Part shown: piece by piece, positions 1 to 13,750 of the stretch
Numbering within the stretch: the first letter of the stretch is position 1
How the letters are laid out: each line of letters opens with the position of its first letter
Source: Octopus sinensis
Lineage: Eukaryota
Direction of reading: 5' to 3'
Assembly: GCF_006345805.1 (NCBI RefSeq)
Contig: NC_043006.1
Location: 37,262,001-37,326,000, forward strand
Length of the DNA stretch: 64,000 nucleotides
Notes under the pieces: generated by a model
The model's database searches: none
The model's input: only the letters and a program-made list of their open reading frames with translations
Told to the model about the DNA's origin: nothing
Position numbers and translations under genes: made by a program

Positions 1-53
1 AAAAAGGATTATTCAGACTGGAACAGAAATTAAGATGAAATTATGATGGAAGG

Positions 54-290
54 TTAAACCCATAAAGCAATGTTCTGATTTCTTTCTGTTAAATGTAAAG
101 CTTATTTATTCACTCTTTGTTTTGGATTAATCATGCATTATCTCAAAACTTCAAGATTTCAATGCTGAATCTGTTAATTCTTAGAATGACATTGTAGGGT
201 AGGTGTGAGAGGCCAGATTTCGTTGCTCTGAGCATAAAAGAGGTTGAATATTTGGACCACATGTGGCTGGTTTAAATACTAAAAGGTTAA
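54..290. mobile_element. Non-autonomous DNA transposon (MITE), piggyBac-like ends
   Basis: Bounded by TTAA (54-57 and 287-290) with degenerate inverted ends (ttaa-accc... / ...aaagg-ttaa); no ORF. Confidence 0.5.
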
Positions 291-384
291 ATTTAGGCAA
301 CTTTTACAAAGAAATTTTGTAGCACTGAACCAATGATGTGTCCAGAAGGTTGGTATAAAAAGTATTAAATAATTATCATAATAT

Positions 385-940
385 TGAGTAGGGGGTTAGT
401 CCAACAGCACGGCATCTTGGGCAAGTGTCTTTTACTATAGTTCAGGGCAGACCAAAGCCTTGTGAGGGGATTTGGTGGAGGGGAAACTGAAAGAAGCCCA
501 TTGTGTGTGTGTGTGTCTATATATATATATATTAGGATCATTTATAGAAATACATAAATTGGGAGGAAAAGCACATTCTAAGATGTAGAGCAGTAAATAT
601 AGTGGGGTAGGCTGGTTTATGGGGTTAACCTGGGTTTCTTGCTCACAGGTGGTTTAGCCTTAAGGCATATCTTCAGACCCAAAATACTGCTGGCCTGAGA
701 GCTCTTTAAAATATGGTGGCTTTTCCCATTCCATGAGTAAGAAAACCAGGGTAACCCCATAAACCAGCTTACCCTACTATTAATGATGATGACGATACAT
801 AGTCCCTGTGACTTAGCAGTTTGGTAAAAAAAAAAAAAGAATGACAGAATAAATACTGGGGTCAATTCATTCTACTAAAAAATTCTTCAAGGCGTTGCCC
901 CAGCATGGCTGCAGTCTAATGACTGAAATAAGTAAAAAAG
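385..940 (+). mobile_element. SINE family A copy (decayed), interrupted by a MITE
   Basis: Family motifs cttgggcaagtgtcttttactatag, gaccaaagccttgtgag, ggaaactgaaagaagccc and tail ccagcatggctgcagtctaatgactgaaa.aagtaaaa shared with more than 15 copies in the window. Confidence 0.8.
599..780. mobile_element. MITE with ~50-bp terminal inverted repeats
   Basis: atagtggggtaggctggtttatggggttaacctgggtttcttgctca (599-) is the near reverse complement of tgagtaagaaaaccagggtaaccccataaaccagcttaccctactat (-780). Confidence 0.75.
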
Positions 941-982
<42 letters not shown>

Positions 983-1409
983 GTGAGTTTTATAGCTTGT
1001 TGAACCATGTCAAATCGTCCAACCCATGTCAGCATGGAAAACAGACATTAAATGATTTACGATTTGCACGTGTACCTCGATGTTTTGCAGTGAATTGGAA
1101 AATACTAAGATATTTAGAAAACCCTAGGTTTTCTCTTTTTCCTTCTTGTGTGTGTGTGTGCGTGTGTGTGTGTGTGCGTGCGTGCGCGCGCAACTCATCG
1201 GCCTTTGGTCGTAGATATACTGTCTGAAAGAAATAATGGATGTTACAGCAGGACTGACTGTGATTGCAAGTCTACTCGACCAGGGTCGATCTCCCGGGAC
1301 TAAAAAATCCTGTATTTACAAAAGCGACGTTCAGTTTATTAAGATTCTCATAAGCTTTTTACGATTAAATTTTTCATGTATGTTTATCATTAATATTGAT
1401 TTTTAACAT

Positions 1410-1600
1410 AGGTGCAAGGTCACAACTATCGGGGATGGTGCAATTGATTATACCAATCCCAGAACTTGACTGGTGCTGAATTTTACTGATCCCAGAAGGA
1501 TGAAAAGTAAAGTTGATTCCGGCAAGATTTGAACTCAGAACAATAAGATACACAATTAAATAGTGCAAGCGATGTTATCAGTCACTCAATCGATCCTTCC
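1410..1600 (-). mobile_element. SINE family B copy (decayed)
   Basis: cccagaaggatgaaaagtaaagttgattccggcaagatttgaactcagaac matches the reverse complement of the family B core. Confidence 0.6.
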
Positions 1601-1714
1601 AGTCCAACCGAGCCGTAATATTAAGAATGTATGATGAAATTCTGATTGCAGTCAGATAACTATTTTCGGTAGTTGTCGTTTAATGCATTCAACTCGAACC
1701 GAGCCAACGACAAA

Positions 1715-1910
1715 GCCTTTACATGGTCACTCATCTTGTTAGAGATAGCAGCCAAATCTCCCTCAAATTTTTAGTCTTAGAAAAGGCACGTTGCATAATA
1801 TGATCCTGGGTTCCCTGTATTCAGGGAAAAGACAAGATGGTTACAGCACAAAAGAAATGCCTTTGATTATACGTCTACCAGACCAGAACTCATCTGCAGT
1901 TAAACAAAAA
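1715..1910 (+). repeat. Interspersed repeat family E (other copies ~2380-2730 on minus, 3265-3480, 3520-3620, 40240-40380)
   Basis: Shared block gatagcagccaaatctccctcaaat(cacaccctaccgtct)...ggtcac.gctggaat recurs in several copies; class (probably SINE-like) not determined. Confidence 0.55.
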
Positions 1911-3071
1911 ATAGCAACTACCGTATTTTACGGTATAAAAAGACGCACCTGCATATCAGATGCACACCGATCTCAGCAGTGCATATTCAGGACAAAAGTT
2001 TTTTGTCCATTAAAGATTATGGGTGAATTTTTGGGACATTATTTGTTTTTTAAAAAAAGTGCGTCCATCAATACAACAGTTACATACAATGTGCCTTTCA
2101 CGCACGTGTGTTGATCTGAATACTGGGTGACAAATTTCCGCCAACGGAATAAATGTGAATATATTTTTAGAGTTATAAACAATTTCATGAAATAAATAGA
2201 ATTACTGAAGATTTTTGAGATAACGTAGTTTTATTTTTAGCAAGATCATTTCATCCTAGTTCAGCTCGAATTGATATTATTTATCTATAATCAGAAGTGT
2301 TACTGTTATGAACTTGGCTTCTTTAGCTATATACACGATTCTATGCCCAACGTGTTGTTTTTTTTTTGTTTTTTTTTGTAACAGTAGGCTGTGATTAGAA
2401 AGAGGTTAGCTGTTATCTTTAGTAGGTAAATGTTCTTTACGTTGAGGTTTCCTGGTTGACGCGTTACCAGATCAATATTGCTGTTCAATCAGCTCAACAG
2501 ATTTCTAATCGAAGGTATTAAGCCGTGGCAATCCCGTATTTCTTTTTCATTTTTTTCCTAGACGCATTTTCATTTTTTTCCTGTACTTTGGACGGCATTA
2601 TTCAATGTGTCCTGCAATTTTTAGTGAGGTAGAATTTGTGTGTGTGTGTGTATGTGTGTGTGTGTGAGAGAGAGATTTTGCTATTTTTAGCAGATCGAGT
2701 GACTATGTAGGGGCTCCCACGTTGGCTCGTTAGTAAATTAATGCAGCTGACAGTGGCGGTGGTGGTGGTGGTGATGATCTTGTTGAAGCTTTGGTTGTGG
2801 GTCGATTATGATAATTGTAGTAATGATAATAACATAAGCACGAAGGCGACTATGTTGATAATAATAGTGATGATGACGTTGACGAGGAGAAGAAAGAGGA
2901 TATTGGTGCTGATAAATGAGGGTGGGAGGGAAAATACTATTCGTTGTCATTAAAGAGACGAGGAATTCCAAGAGCGAGAGGAATCGAATCGAATCGAAGC
3001 TCCATATTGCCTGTCAATGCTTAAACAGAAGACTGTGAACAGAGAAGGAAAGCAACGACATTACTACTCAC

Positions 3072-3190
3072 CAAGCGTTGTGCTGGAACACGTTACTGGA
3101 ATCTGTTAAATGGCGATTACCGAAAGCAGACCGTTTCTGAGAAGCATCGTTGCTAGAATTGGAACAAGTTCCTTCTGCAACTTCAGACAT
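3072..3190 (-). CDS. METTL2: First coding exon of tRNA N3-methylcytidine methyltransferase METTL2-like
   Basis: ATG at 3190-3188 (AAA ATG context) gives MSEVAEGTCSNSSNDASQKRSAFGNRHLTDSSNVFQHNA-W(split), ending at a consensus TG|GTGAGT donor (3071-3066). FGxRxLxDxxxVFxHNAW is the conserved N-terminal motif of METTL2/Trm140-type enzymes. Too short for the ORF track; I found no exon 2 inside the window. Confidence 0.82.
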
Positions 3191-3619
3191 TTTAAAAATT
3201 ATCCATTCATTATTGCAGAAGAGGCTGACAAGGGAGATTACTCTATTTTACCATTTTCATGAATAGCCAATGAGGATGTCTCTACATGGTCGATCGAACT
3301 GCTAGAAATAGCGGCAAATCTCACACAAAAATGCACCCACGGTCTTCAAAACGGAAGTGAATATTGGATTACGTACTTGTAGATATGCTATAACTAAAAA
3401 TACATGTTGAGATGGTCACTGTTGGAATATATTTGGTTATAAATCTGCTCAGTCAGAGTTTACCTGAGGTTAAACAGAGACGTTTTTTTTTTTTATTAAT
3501 TTAGTAATGAATACAAAACAATGGAACCTTTACGTAGTCCTCCGAACTGCCAGAAACAGCAGCCGAATCACCCTCAAATCACACCCTACCGTCTAAAACA
3601 GGATACACTATATAATGTA

Positions 3620-4160
3620 AAGGGTTTAGTTGAACAGATCGACCCCAGTACTTATTTAAAAAAAAAAGTCTAGTATCAATTCTATCGATATCTTCGCCGA
3701 ACTGCTATGTCACGGGCAGATAAACAAACTAACATCGATTGTCAAGCAGTGGAGGGAGGGAGAACCATAACGACACATACACACACACATTTATACGACG
3801 GGCTTCCATACAGTTTCCGTCTACGAAATTCAGCCATAAAGCATTGGTTGGTTCGTGGTGATGGTGAAAAAAAAAACACTTGCTCAAAGTACCGTCCAAA
3901 GGAACTGAACCCGAAACCACGTGGTAATAAAGCTAGATACTTAACTGCACAACCATACTTGTACCAATACACACGCACGCACGCACACCACACACACACG
4001 ACGGGCTTTTAGTTTCCGTCTACCAAATCCACTCACAAGGTTTTGGTTAGCCTGAGGTTATGACAGAAGGCACTTTCCCAAGGTGCCACGCAGTGGAACT
4101 GAACCCAGAATCTTGTAAGTTGGGAAGTAACTTTCTTACCACACCAATGCCGTGCCTGTG
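3620..4160 (-). mobile_element. SINE family A copy with a duplicated 5' half
   Basis: Two successive gacgggctt...gtttccgtctac...gaactgaaccc blocks (~3795-3960 and ~4000-4160). Confidence 0.7.
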
Positions 4161-4579
4161 CCTATGCGGACATTCAATTTCTATATAGTTACCTTCTTTT
4201 AGTTACTGTGCTGAGTCATACTTTATTTAATATATAATTTATTCCGTGTAAGTACATTTATTTTAAAATAAATTTTAAATTTATTCTCACAACTCTCCAC
4301 CCTGGACAAGACGCTTGTCCGTCGCAGAGTTAACTTCCCACCCATTGCCGGCTCATTTACAACAATGTAGACTGGAACAACGTGAATGAAGTGCTTTGTT
4401 TAAGAACACAATGCACCACCTGGTCTTAGAATCGAGATTTTTATTAACAACTTTCTTTCTTTTCCCCGTCTTTCAATAATTTGTCCCTTCAACTCCGCAC
4501 GCCTTTGTAAAACCCCTGTTTAGTGCTTCGTTGCATTATCTGCATCTCTTCAAGAACTTCTGTCTAACCCTTTTTTATA

Positions 4580-4818
4580 TCTTTTACATGTTTCAGTTTT
4601 TAGACTGCGGCCATTCTGACCGCACTGAAGAATTTTTAGTGGAATGAATTCGACCCCAGTACTTAATTTTTTCAAAGCCTGGTACTAATTCTAACAGGTT
4701 CTTTTGCTGAACCGCTATGTTACGGGGATATAAACACACCACCACCGGTTGTCAAGCAGTGGAGGGGGAAAACACAGACACAATGACATATACACACAGA
4801 GACACACACACACACACA

Positions 4819-4860
<42 letters not shown>

Positions 4861-5032
4861 GCATATATATACGACGGGTTTCTTTCAGTTTCCGTCTACT
4901 AAATCCTATCACAAGGTTGGTCAGCCCGAAGTCATAGTAGATGACTCTTGCCTAAGGTACCACGCCGAGAGACTGAACCTGGAACCATATTGTTCGGAAG
5001 CAAACTTCTTACCACACAACCCCGCCTGCACC
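4580..5032 (-). mobile_element. SINE family A, near full length with central (CA)/(TA) microsatellite
   Basis: Tail, central microsatellite and head motifs all present in reverse orientation. Confidence 0.8.
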
Positions 5033-5069
5033 TATAAATAAAATATTATTATATTTAATGTCAAATCAT

Positions 5070-5440
5070 CGTTGAAGGCAATTTTACTGCGCTATTCGTC
5101 CTGAGATAACATCTCTTATAGACGTGCCGTGATTAAAGATACAATAATCATCAGAGACATGAAAATCGTCTTAGCAGCATTTGATGAAAATGCCTGATGC
5201 ATTTCTGCCTCCTTAAGCATTGTCAATAGTTTTTATTCACAATAAACTACATGCTAAGATGGAATCTATTGGTAACAATTATTGACAAAATCCATAGAGG
5301 TTGAACTTTTTTGGCACCCTCACCAGTTGCTGCTAGGACGATTTTTGCCTGCCTCCGATATATGTATATTGTGTTTTTAAACGCAGCACGTCCATAACAT
5401 GCATTATTTTCGACAGTAAATTTAACGTCCACGACGTATT
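5070..5440 (-). pseudogene. Possible highly decayed Helitron PIF1-like helicase remnant
   Basis: Minus-strand translation NTIYIYRRQAKIVLAATG...LKEAE weakly resembles the region after helicase motif I (R.xGKIVLAVASTG); many stops and frameshifts. Confidence 0.25.
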
Positions 5441-5526
5441 TACATTATGTTTGATACCCAGATGTCTATTTTAATCTAATACTGCTCCTATTGCATATAA
5501 AATATTATTCTTATAGTACAGGCTAA

Positions 5527-5720
5527 AGTGGCGAGCTGGCAGAATCGTTAGCATTCTGGGTAAAATGCTTAGCGACATTTCGTCCGCCTTTATGTTCTGA
5601 GTTCAAATTTCGTCAAGGAAGACTTTGGCTTTCATTCTTTCGGTGGTCAATAAAACAAGTAACTTGCCCCCCCCACCTACTCCTGCAAAATTTCAGGCCT
5701 GCTGCTATAGTAGAAAGGAA
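5527..5720 (+). mobile_element. SINE family B
   Basis: Head ggcgagctggcagaatcgttagc...gttctgagttcaaatt (Pol III A/B-box-like) followed by core gacttt.gctttcattctttcgg.ggtc.ataa. Confidence 0.8.
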
Positions 5721-5744
5721 TATTATATAAATGCTTCCACATAT

Positions 5745-5950
5745 TGGTTTTGAATTTTAGCACAAAGCCAGCAATTTCAGTGGGAAGGGATGGTTGATTA
5801 CTTCGACCCCAGTGCATTATTGGTACTTAATTTTTTCGACCCGAAAAGATGGAAGTTCGTCCTCGGCGGAATTTGAACTCAGAACGTAGAAATAGATGAA
5901 ATACAGTTAAGCATTTTGCCCGGTGTGCTAACAATTCTGCCGTTCGCCAT
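5745..5950 (-). mobile_element. SINE family B (tail-to-tail with the 5527-5720 copy)
   Basis: cgacccgaaaagatg...cctcggcggaatttgaactcagaacg...gctaacaattctgcc. Confidence 0.8.
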
Positions 5951-6819
5951 TTTGTTAGTTACCCCGATATAGCATCCACTTATCAATTATATAGGAGTGA
6001 AAAATCAATGACCTTACACAGTTTGTAATGAGAAACTCGCCAACAGCTCTGTTGTTGTTGGTGTTGTTTTCTCACCGTGGCAAAATGCGTTTTGTATGAG
6101 CCCCGAAGACTTGGGTTATTACTTGCTTTCTCATGAAACCAAAGCTGTTCCTTTTTTGGATCATTTCCCCACAAAATCTTAATTGGAATACCCCTCACAT
6201 CGGAGAATTCTTTAAGATCTTTTTTTTTTTTTTACTGTTTTATTTTTGCACTTTCATTATAAACACATGACGGACATGAAGTTGTGTCAAAGCTAGAGTG
6301 TATACCGACCGACAGAGCCCTTGAGTTTATCGTGCCCAGACCCCCTACACAGGCTTATACTGCAGACCCAAAAGAACTGCTCCATAGAATCATCGCTCGA
6401 GGAGAACCGGCCTATCGCTTTCCCATCCAACTAGTTACGCTATGTCTTTTAGAATCAGAAAAAAATCCTTAAACACATTTCTCAACAAACAGAGCAAAAG
6501 AACTATATTCCTTTGTTCAACGACTATTCAGCACTGTTCTCGATTCTGGACTGTCTCTTCTACTTCTTTCCAGTTGGATCCCTGCCTTTTTAGCTTTGTC
6601 TCTGTATCCTGCCCCTAGCTATTTTTAGGGCGTCTTCTCTTCCATTTCCCTTGCGGGTTCATAGGTTTCCATGAAGGAAGGCCTTCCTCGTTCAGGTCCT
6701 CTTGATTTTCAATTGTCATCAATGCCTCTGTAATTTTGTTTCTTTTTTGTTTTCAGGTAGGGGTATTGGCTGCAGACAAACCCATTTTTACCTCTGGGAA
6801 GAGATAGTCCATATTAATA

Positions 6820-6940
6820 TGGCTGCTACCCTTTGATCTGTCCAACATAGGAGACCCTACCAGGAGCTTGCACTCCGCTGGCACAACTCCCAGGGCCATT
6901 GAGGCACACAAGCCACTTCATCGCAAAAAGGAATGGAACA
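6820..6940 (-). mobile_element. RTE-clade LINE 5'-UTR-like segment
   Basis: Minus strand ...ggcttgtgtgcctcaatggccctgggagttgtgccagcggag...ctcctggtagggtctcctatgttggacagatcaaagggtag resembles the conserved 5' ends of RTE elements as I recall them; not database-verified. Confidence 0.45.
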
Positions 6941-6959
6941 TGTGGAAGACCCATGAACA

Positions 6960-7640
6960 ATATTAATACTAAAACATAAAATATGGGCGACGATGTTAGG
7001 AATAAAAAAACTTTATCAACAACTTTCGCAAACACACACCGGACGAAAATGTAAGCAAATATTTGTCAAAACGACAGATTTGCCCGTGTTGCTAATTCAT
7101 TAGAAAATCTGGACAAAACCAAACTCACACAAAAGAAATTAATCTATGAGAACTATGTAAAGCGAAACTCGCTGTCTAATGGAAGCCTATTCAAGAAAAT
7201 CACAAAGGCACATCAAAGCCGAGCCCAGATAAGGGAGCAGTAACGAAAAGCATTTGATTGATAGTAGAGAACAAAAAGCAGAGATGTTATAGCTGTGGCA
7301 GCAAGGGTCACTCGAGAATGTTTTTTCTTTTATCCCAAAGAGATGGACAAGCTGGACATGCGGTAGAGAAGGGACAGTGGCAGAGAGTAGCCAGAGCAGG
7401 TCCAGTCTCCAGGTCTCCATTGTCAACATTTTCGAAACTAGCTGAAGATTCCCATTGTGCCAAGTCCTAGAAGCTAATAACCAAACGTATCTTTCTGTCA
7501 TAAAAAGCAGCAGTACTATCTCATCGTATTTAATGAGGAGGAGATGGTAAAAGAGCAAAAAACATCAAACTGTCAGCAAAAGAAGAAAGAAGATGCCCAA
7601 ATAAACGGAATGAACCACAACCGAAGGTGATCAGTAAAGA
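6960..7640 (+). pseudogene. Decayed non-LTR retrotransposon ORF1 with zinc knuckle
   Basis: IVENKKQRCYSCGSKGHSRMF = Cx2Cx4Hx4(C lost) gag-type knuckle at ~7280-7325; surrounding frames broken. Confidence 0.5.
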
Positions 7641-7799
7641 TTAAGAAAAGCACCACTCCTCCGGCCAGCACTATGGGGCTCACAGTTGTACATCTGAGCA
7701 GTGAGCGAACTTCTAATCCATACAACCATGCCTGACAGAGCTACCTACCTATCTCACGTACACTGGAACAAAAACGACAAACTGACAATACTCTAGGAT

Positions 7800-8512
7800 C
7801 AGTGGTGACTCGTGTATAGGCACTGCGGAACTGCAGCACCCCCTATTTCCACTCGATATTATAGATAAAATTCAATATAATGAGTCCTTCTTTCTTTAAT
7901 TATTTCTTTATATTTGTACATTATATAATCCTTAAGCTTAATGTCAGTAGCCATCCTCTAGTTTAAGAAAAAAAATACAAAACTCCTTGTATAGAACTGT
8001 GCGCTTCGCAGTTCCAGCGACGTGGTGTTTGGCTGTTGTGCGCATGCTCACATGTCCGAGATAGGAAGCTGCACGCTAGGAAGAGAGAGCACTGTGGTCC
8101 ACGCAATGCCGACCCTGGCGAACTGGAGAAATGTAGTGGTGTTTCTTTTTGACTCCGCGTGTGTTGTGCTTAGAAACGTGTTTATATTCTTGAATGTGAT
8201 AAAGTGTAGAATTAGATTATTATCCTGCTTCCAGCTCTAGTGTTTTTGCCAGGATTTGAAAATAGGGCAGATTTCCAACCTCTCCTTATTTTGTGCTTTA
8301 GTGGGGATTTTTGAAAAACAAGGAGGAATTCGTAGCGGTGTTCAGTGAACAAATTAAACACTCTACCCGGCAGCGGCTAAAACGTGAAGCAATCAAGTTT
8401 ATGTAAAAATTTTCTTTTTATGTTTGTTTCTTTTTACACAATATTAAAACAACGGCTAAAATTTTTCTGAAACAGCCACCCCTACTAATCTTTTATCTAC
8501 GAGCCGCCACTG
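7800..8512. mobile_element. Non-autonomous hAT DNA transposon
   Basis: TIRs cagtggtgactcgt (7800-) / acgagccgccactg (-8512), 12/14 match; 8-bp TSD tctaggat / cctaggat. Confidence 0.8.
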
Positions 8513-8992
8513 CCTAGGATATATCAATGCGTATACATGGGCAGATCAAAGACTAATTGACTAGATACTGTTGTCAAGGATGACGACGGAAAGAATCTTT
8601 CTAATCGATCTAAGCTGAAGAAAATATAATCACTTATCAAAGAAGAAAATATAATCACTTATCAAAGAAAAGGAGAAAGTTGCCAAAGCGATTGAGAAAC
8701 TCACTTTGTAACCATGTGGTTTCGTGTTCAGTCCCACTGCATGACACCTTGAACAAGTGTCTTCTAGTATAGTTCTATTCTGATCAGTATCTTGCGCATG
8801 AAGAGTGAATTTAATAGGCAGAAACTATATGGAAGCCCGTCGCGCGCGCGCGTATTTCTCTCCCACCTCATTGCTTGACAACCGATTCAGGTGTCTTTAC
8901 ACAACTTTGCGGTTCAGCTAAAGTAAGCGATAAAATAAGTACCCAGTTTAAAAATAAGTATTCGGGGGATTTTGATCGACTAAAAAAAAAAG

Positions 8993-9956
<964 letters not shown>

Positions 9957-10084
9957 AAAAAAAAATAAAACAAAAAAAAACAAAAGCCCCCCCCCAAAAC
10001 CCAAAGCAAAACAAAAAATAGCAACAAAATTACTTGAAGATTGTGCTCCAGCTTGGTCGCAGTCCAATGATTGAAACAAGTAAA

Positions 10085-10518
10085 GGCGATCTTTCGTCTC
10101 TAGTAGACCTTTCCGTCGATTTCCGTAAAAAAATTTTTTTTTTTACATATGGGCTTGCGGAAACTTTTGAAGTAATATACATACATATACACATACACCG
10201 AGTAAAAAATTTCAGTTATCTCTTTCTTTCATACATTACTCTGTCTCTTCACACACACTAACAGAAGCACTTCACTTACACAACATACTGTCTGTCTCCC
10301 ACACCCCATCAAACACACACACACATGTACATCAATGCTTCGCATGCATGGTAACTTCAAAAGAACTTCCCTCGTCATACAATCGCTTTCTCTTAGTCTC
10401 TTAGTCTCTTAGTCTCTTAGTCATTACTTCAAAAGTTCCCGCAAGCCCATATGTAAAAAAAAAAAAAAATTTTTTTACGGAAATCGACGGAAAGGTCTAC
10501 TAGAGACGAAAGATTGCC
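10085..10518. mobile_element. MITE with ~93-bp TIRs and perfect 8-bp TSD (Merlin-like GG..CC termini)
   Basis: ggcgatctttcgtctctagtagacctttccgtcgatttccgt...gaagtaat (10085-10177) versus its inverse at 10423-10518; TSD caagtaaa at 10077-10084 and 10519-10526. Confidence 0.9.
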
Positions 10519-11723
10519 CAAGTAAAAGTTACAAGATATCCAGAATGTGGGAGCTGGAAACAGAAACATTCATTTTCACTGTCTTAACTCAAAAATATTC
10601 TGAAAGTTTTATTCCGGAATTATAACATTATTGCTGAGTCGCTGGTTCCATAATTCTCACAATTCTGGGAGGATCTGCAAAGGAGGTGTCATGGACATTA
10701 CACCCACTAATCGAATAATTTCTTACGAAAAAAAAAAAGAAAAGAAAAAAAAAGTACTGGGGCCGATTTGTTTGACTGAAAAGTTCTTCGAGTCGGTGTC
10801 CCTGTATAACGACAAACACAAAACAAAAGATATGTAAGGGAAGTAACTCCTATTGACTTGACCTTAGCACTTTCAAGGGACACAACTCATATAACCTAAC
10901 TAATTTTGTCTTTTTCGAGTCGACATTCTTCGTTACTTTTCTTTCGCTACATCTCAAACATTATCGAACAGACTTAAGTTTTCCAGCAGCGATGGTCCCT
11001 TATTATTAGAGATATCTTGAATTCCTTAACTACTATCTTTCTTATATCTTCAGAATTACGGTCTGAGTGATGTTGGGGTGCAAGTCAAACGACGTTTTAG
11101 AAGTTTTGTTTGTGCGTCTTGGCAATACATGAACCGCAAAGCAGTACCGATAATCAATGTGCGTATGTGCGCGCGCACGTGTATGAGTGAGAGAGAAGGA
11201 AAAGAAAGAGGGAGTGAGATAAAGAGAGGCATGCAAGAGTGGAATATAACCACATATATAAATAAATAGATTATCGGGCATATAAGGACACTCGTTCATA
11301 TACTCATATTATAAAGTAAAATATAAATGGATTTCCGTCAGTTTCGATGATGATCATTCCAGTTGTCCGATCGGCTGGATTGACAATTCTGATAACTGGC
11401 TGAAAATTCTGTAGACGCATTTACCTTTATCGTTAATACCTAGGCAGAATCGACGTGAGACAGTAAGTGTTCGGCCGGTCCTTTGAATTATCATAGTATT
11501 CTAATCCATCCATCGTCTCTCACTAGCAATTTCAAGAAGCCTAGAGGCAAGCAAAGTGCAAGGTATCAGAGCCGGTTGAGCAGCAGGTTTTATATACGAG
11601 AGAGCCTTCGCTTAGAGGGATGCCTTGACAAAGATCTGAGGTCCCACATTCTTAAGGAGCTTGCTGCGCCCTCTGACACCAACCCAAATATTTCTACATC
11701 TCGGCACATACCTGCCAGGAAAA

Positions 11724-12318
11724 CATACATACATACATACATACATATATACATACATACATACATACATATTTGCATGCATGCATGCATACATACACAC
11801 TTATACATACATACATACATACATACATACATAAATACACATACATATATGCATACACACATACATACATATATATATACACACATACACATACATACAT
11901 GCATACATGCATACATACCTACATACATACATGCATGCATACATACACACATACATAAATACATATACCTATATGCATGCACATATATACATACACACAC
12001 ATACATACACATATACATACATACATACATACATACATACATACATAGATGCATGCATACATACATACATACATACATACATACATGCATACATACATAC
12101 ATACATACATACATACATACATACATACATACATACATACATACATACATACATACATAGATGCATGCATACATACATACATACATACATACATACATGC
12201 ATACATACATACATACATACATACATACATACATACATACATACATACATACATACATACATACATACACATATATATATATATACATACATACATACAA
12301 ATATACATGCATACATAC
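11724..12318. repeat. Long imperfect (CATA)n microsatellite
   Basis: Seen directly; source of the HTYI/MYVC pseudo-ORFs. Confidence 0.95.
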
Positions 12319-12319
12319 T

Positions 12320-13750
12320 CATTCTCATCTCTGTTTCAAAAAACAAATGGTTACATTAGTCTGCAATGCTACAGATATTAATTAATGGAATCCATAATTT
12401 CTTTGCGGATGATCTTAAGATTTATGCTAAAAATGTTAGCAATGCCAAAAAAAAAAAACAAACAAACAAACAACAACTGGAATTAATAACAACATTTCCA
12501 GCTGACGTAAGAATGGATTTTGGCCAGAAGAAATGTTCTTATTCGATCGTTGAACGAGGAAAATCAGTCTTCCAGACACAAAACCTTTTGCAGTTATGGC
12601 CTCATTATTTCTCTTGCTCCACACAAAGAATGCTACAAGTACTTAGATATTCTTTTCTTCTCTAGACACGAGGCCCGAAATTTTTTTGGGGTGGTTGTCG
12701 ATTTTATCGACCCCAGTACGAAACTGGTACTTGATTTATCGACTCCGAAAGGATGAAAGGCAAAATCGACCTTGGCGGAATTTGAACTCAGAACGTAAAG
12801 ACAGACGAAATAGCGCTAAGCGTTTTCCCGGGCGTGCTAACGTTTCTTATTTCTTTACTGCCTACAAGGGGCTACACACAGAGAGGACAAACAAGGACAG
12901 ACAAACGGATTAAGTCGATTAGATCGACTCCAGTGCGTAACTGGTACTTATTTAATCGACCCCGAAAGGATGAAAGCCAAAGTCGACCTCGGCGGAATTT
13001 GAACTCGGGACGTAGCGGCAGACGAAATACCTATTTCTTTACTACCCACAAGGGGCTAAACACAGAGAGGACGAACAAGGACAGACAAACGGATTAAGTC
13101 GATTACATCAACCCCAGTGCGTAACTGGTACTTATTTAATCGACCCCGAAAGGATGAAAGGCGAAGTCGACCTCGGCGGAATTTGAACTCAGAACGTAGC
13201 AGCAGACGAAATACCGCTAAGCATTTCGCCCGGCTTGCTAACGTAACAGCCAGCTCGTCGCCTTCAAGTACGTAAATATTGATGAAAATATATCGTACGG
13301 AGGTACTGTGAATAAAGATAGACTGACCCAAGAATATTACACCAGACTAAGAAAAATATGGCAGTCCGAACTTTCTTCTTACAACAAGACAATATCCCAC
13401 AAAGCATTTGCAGCACCAGTGCTGATTCCTACATTTGGGATTCTTGATTGGTCTGTAGACGAAACCCACATTAAAACCCGCAAGAATCTGACAACCTGGA
13501 TATCTCCGCTGTAATAGTGATATCAACAGGCTTTACTTAAGAAGAGATAAAGGAGGTCGGGGCTCGAGTTGAGTGCAGACAGCCTTCGAATGTTGCATAG
13601 TCTCTCTCAGACAATACTTACTAAACAACAGCAGCAAAAAACAGATACATTAACTTAGTGCTGAAAAGCGAAGAAAACAATATCCTACGTGTTGGAAGTG
13701 AGCTTCTTAGGAAGTACTCTCTTCCTGATGACCCATACAACACCAAATAA
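12320..13750 (+). pseudogene. R4/Dong-clade non-LTR retrotransposon RT fragment, interrupted by a SINE B multimer
   Basis: HNFFADDLKIYAK...MDFGQKKC...YKYL | SINE | IDENISYGGTVNKDRLTQEYYTRLRKIWQSELSSYNKTISHKAFAAPVLIPTFGILDW...SDINRLYLRRDKGGRG: RT core plus thumb motifs characteristic of R4/Dong. Confidence 0.8.
12650..13265 (-). mobile_element. SINE family B tandem trimer
   Basis: Three repeats of cgacc(t/c).ggcggaatttgaactc.g.acgta; gacgaaata recurs at 12804, 13021 and 13205; only the last unit carries the full head. Confidence 0.9.

Noticed and set aside
11483-12385. Long ORFs (225-240 aa) of HTYI/MYVC repeats, and the many similar IY/CV/LS ORFs across the window
   Set aside because: Translations of (CATA)n, (TA)n, (CA)n and (TATC)n microsatellites, which lack stop codons.
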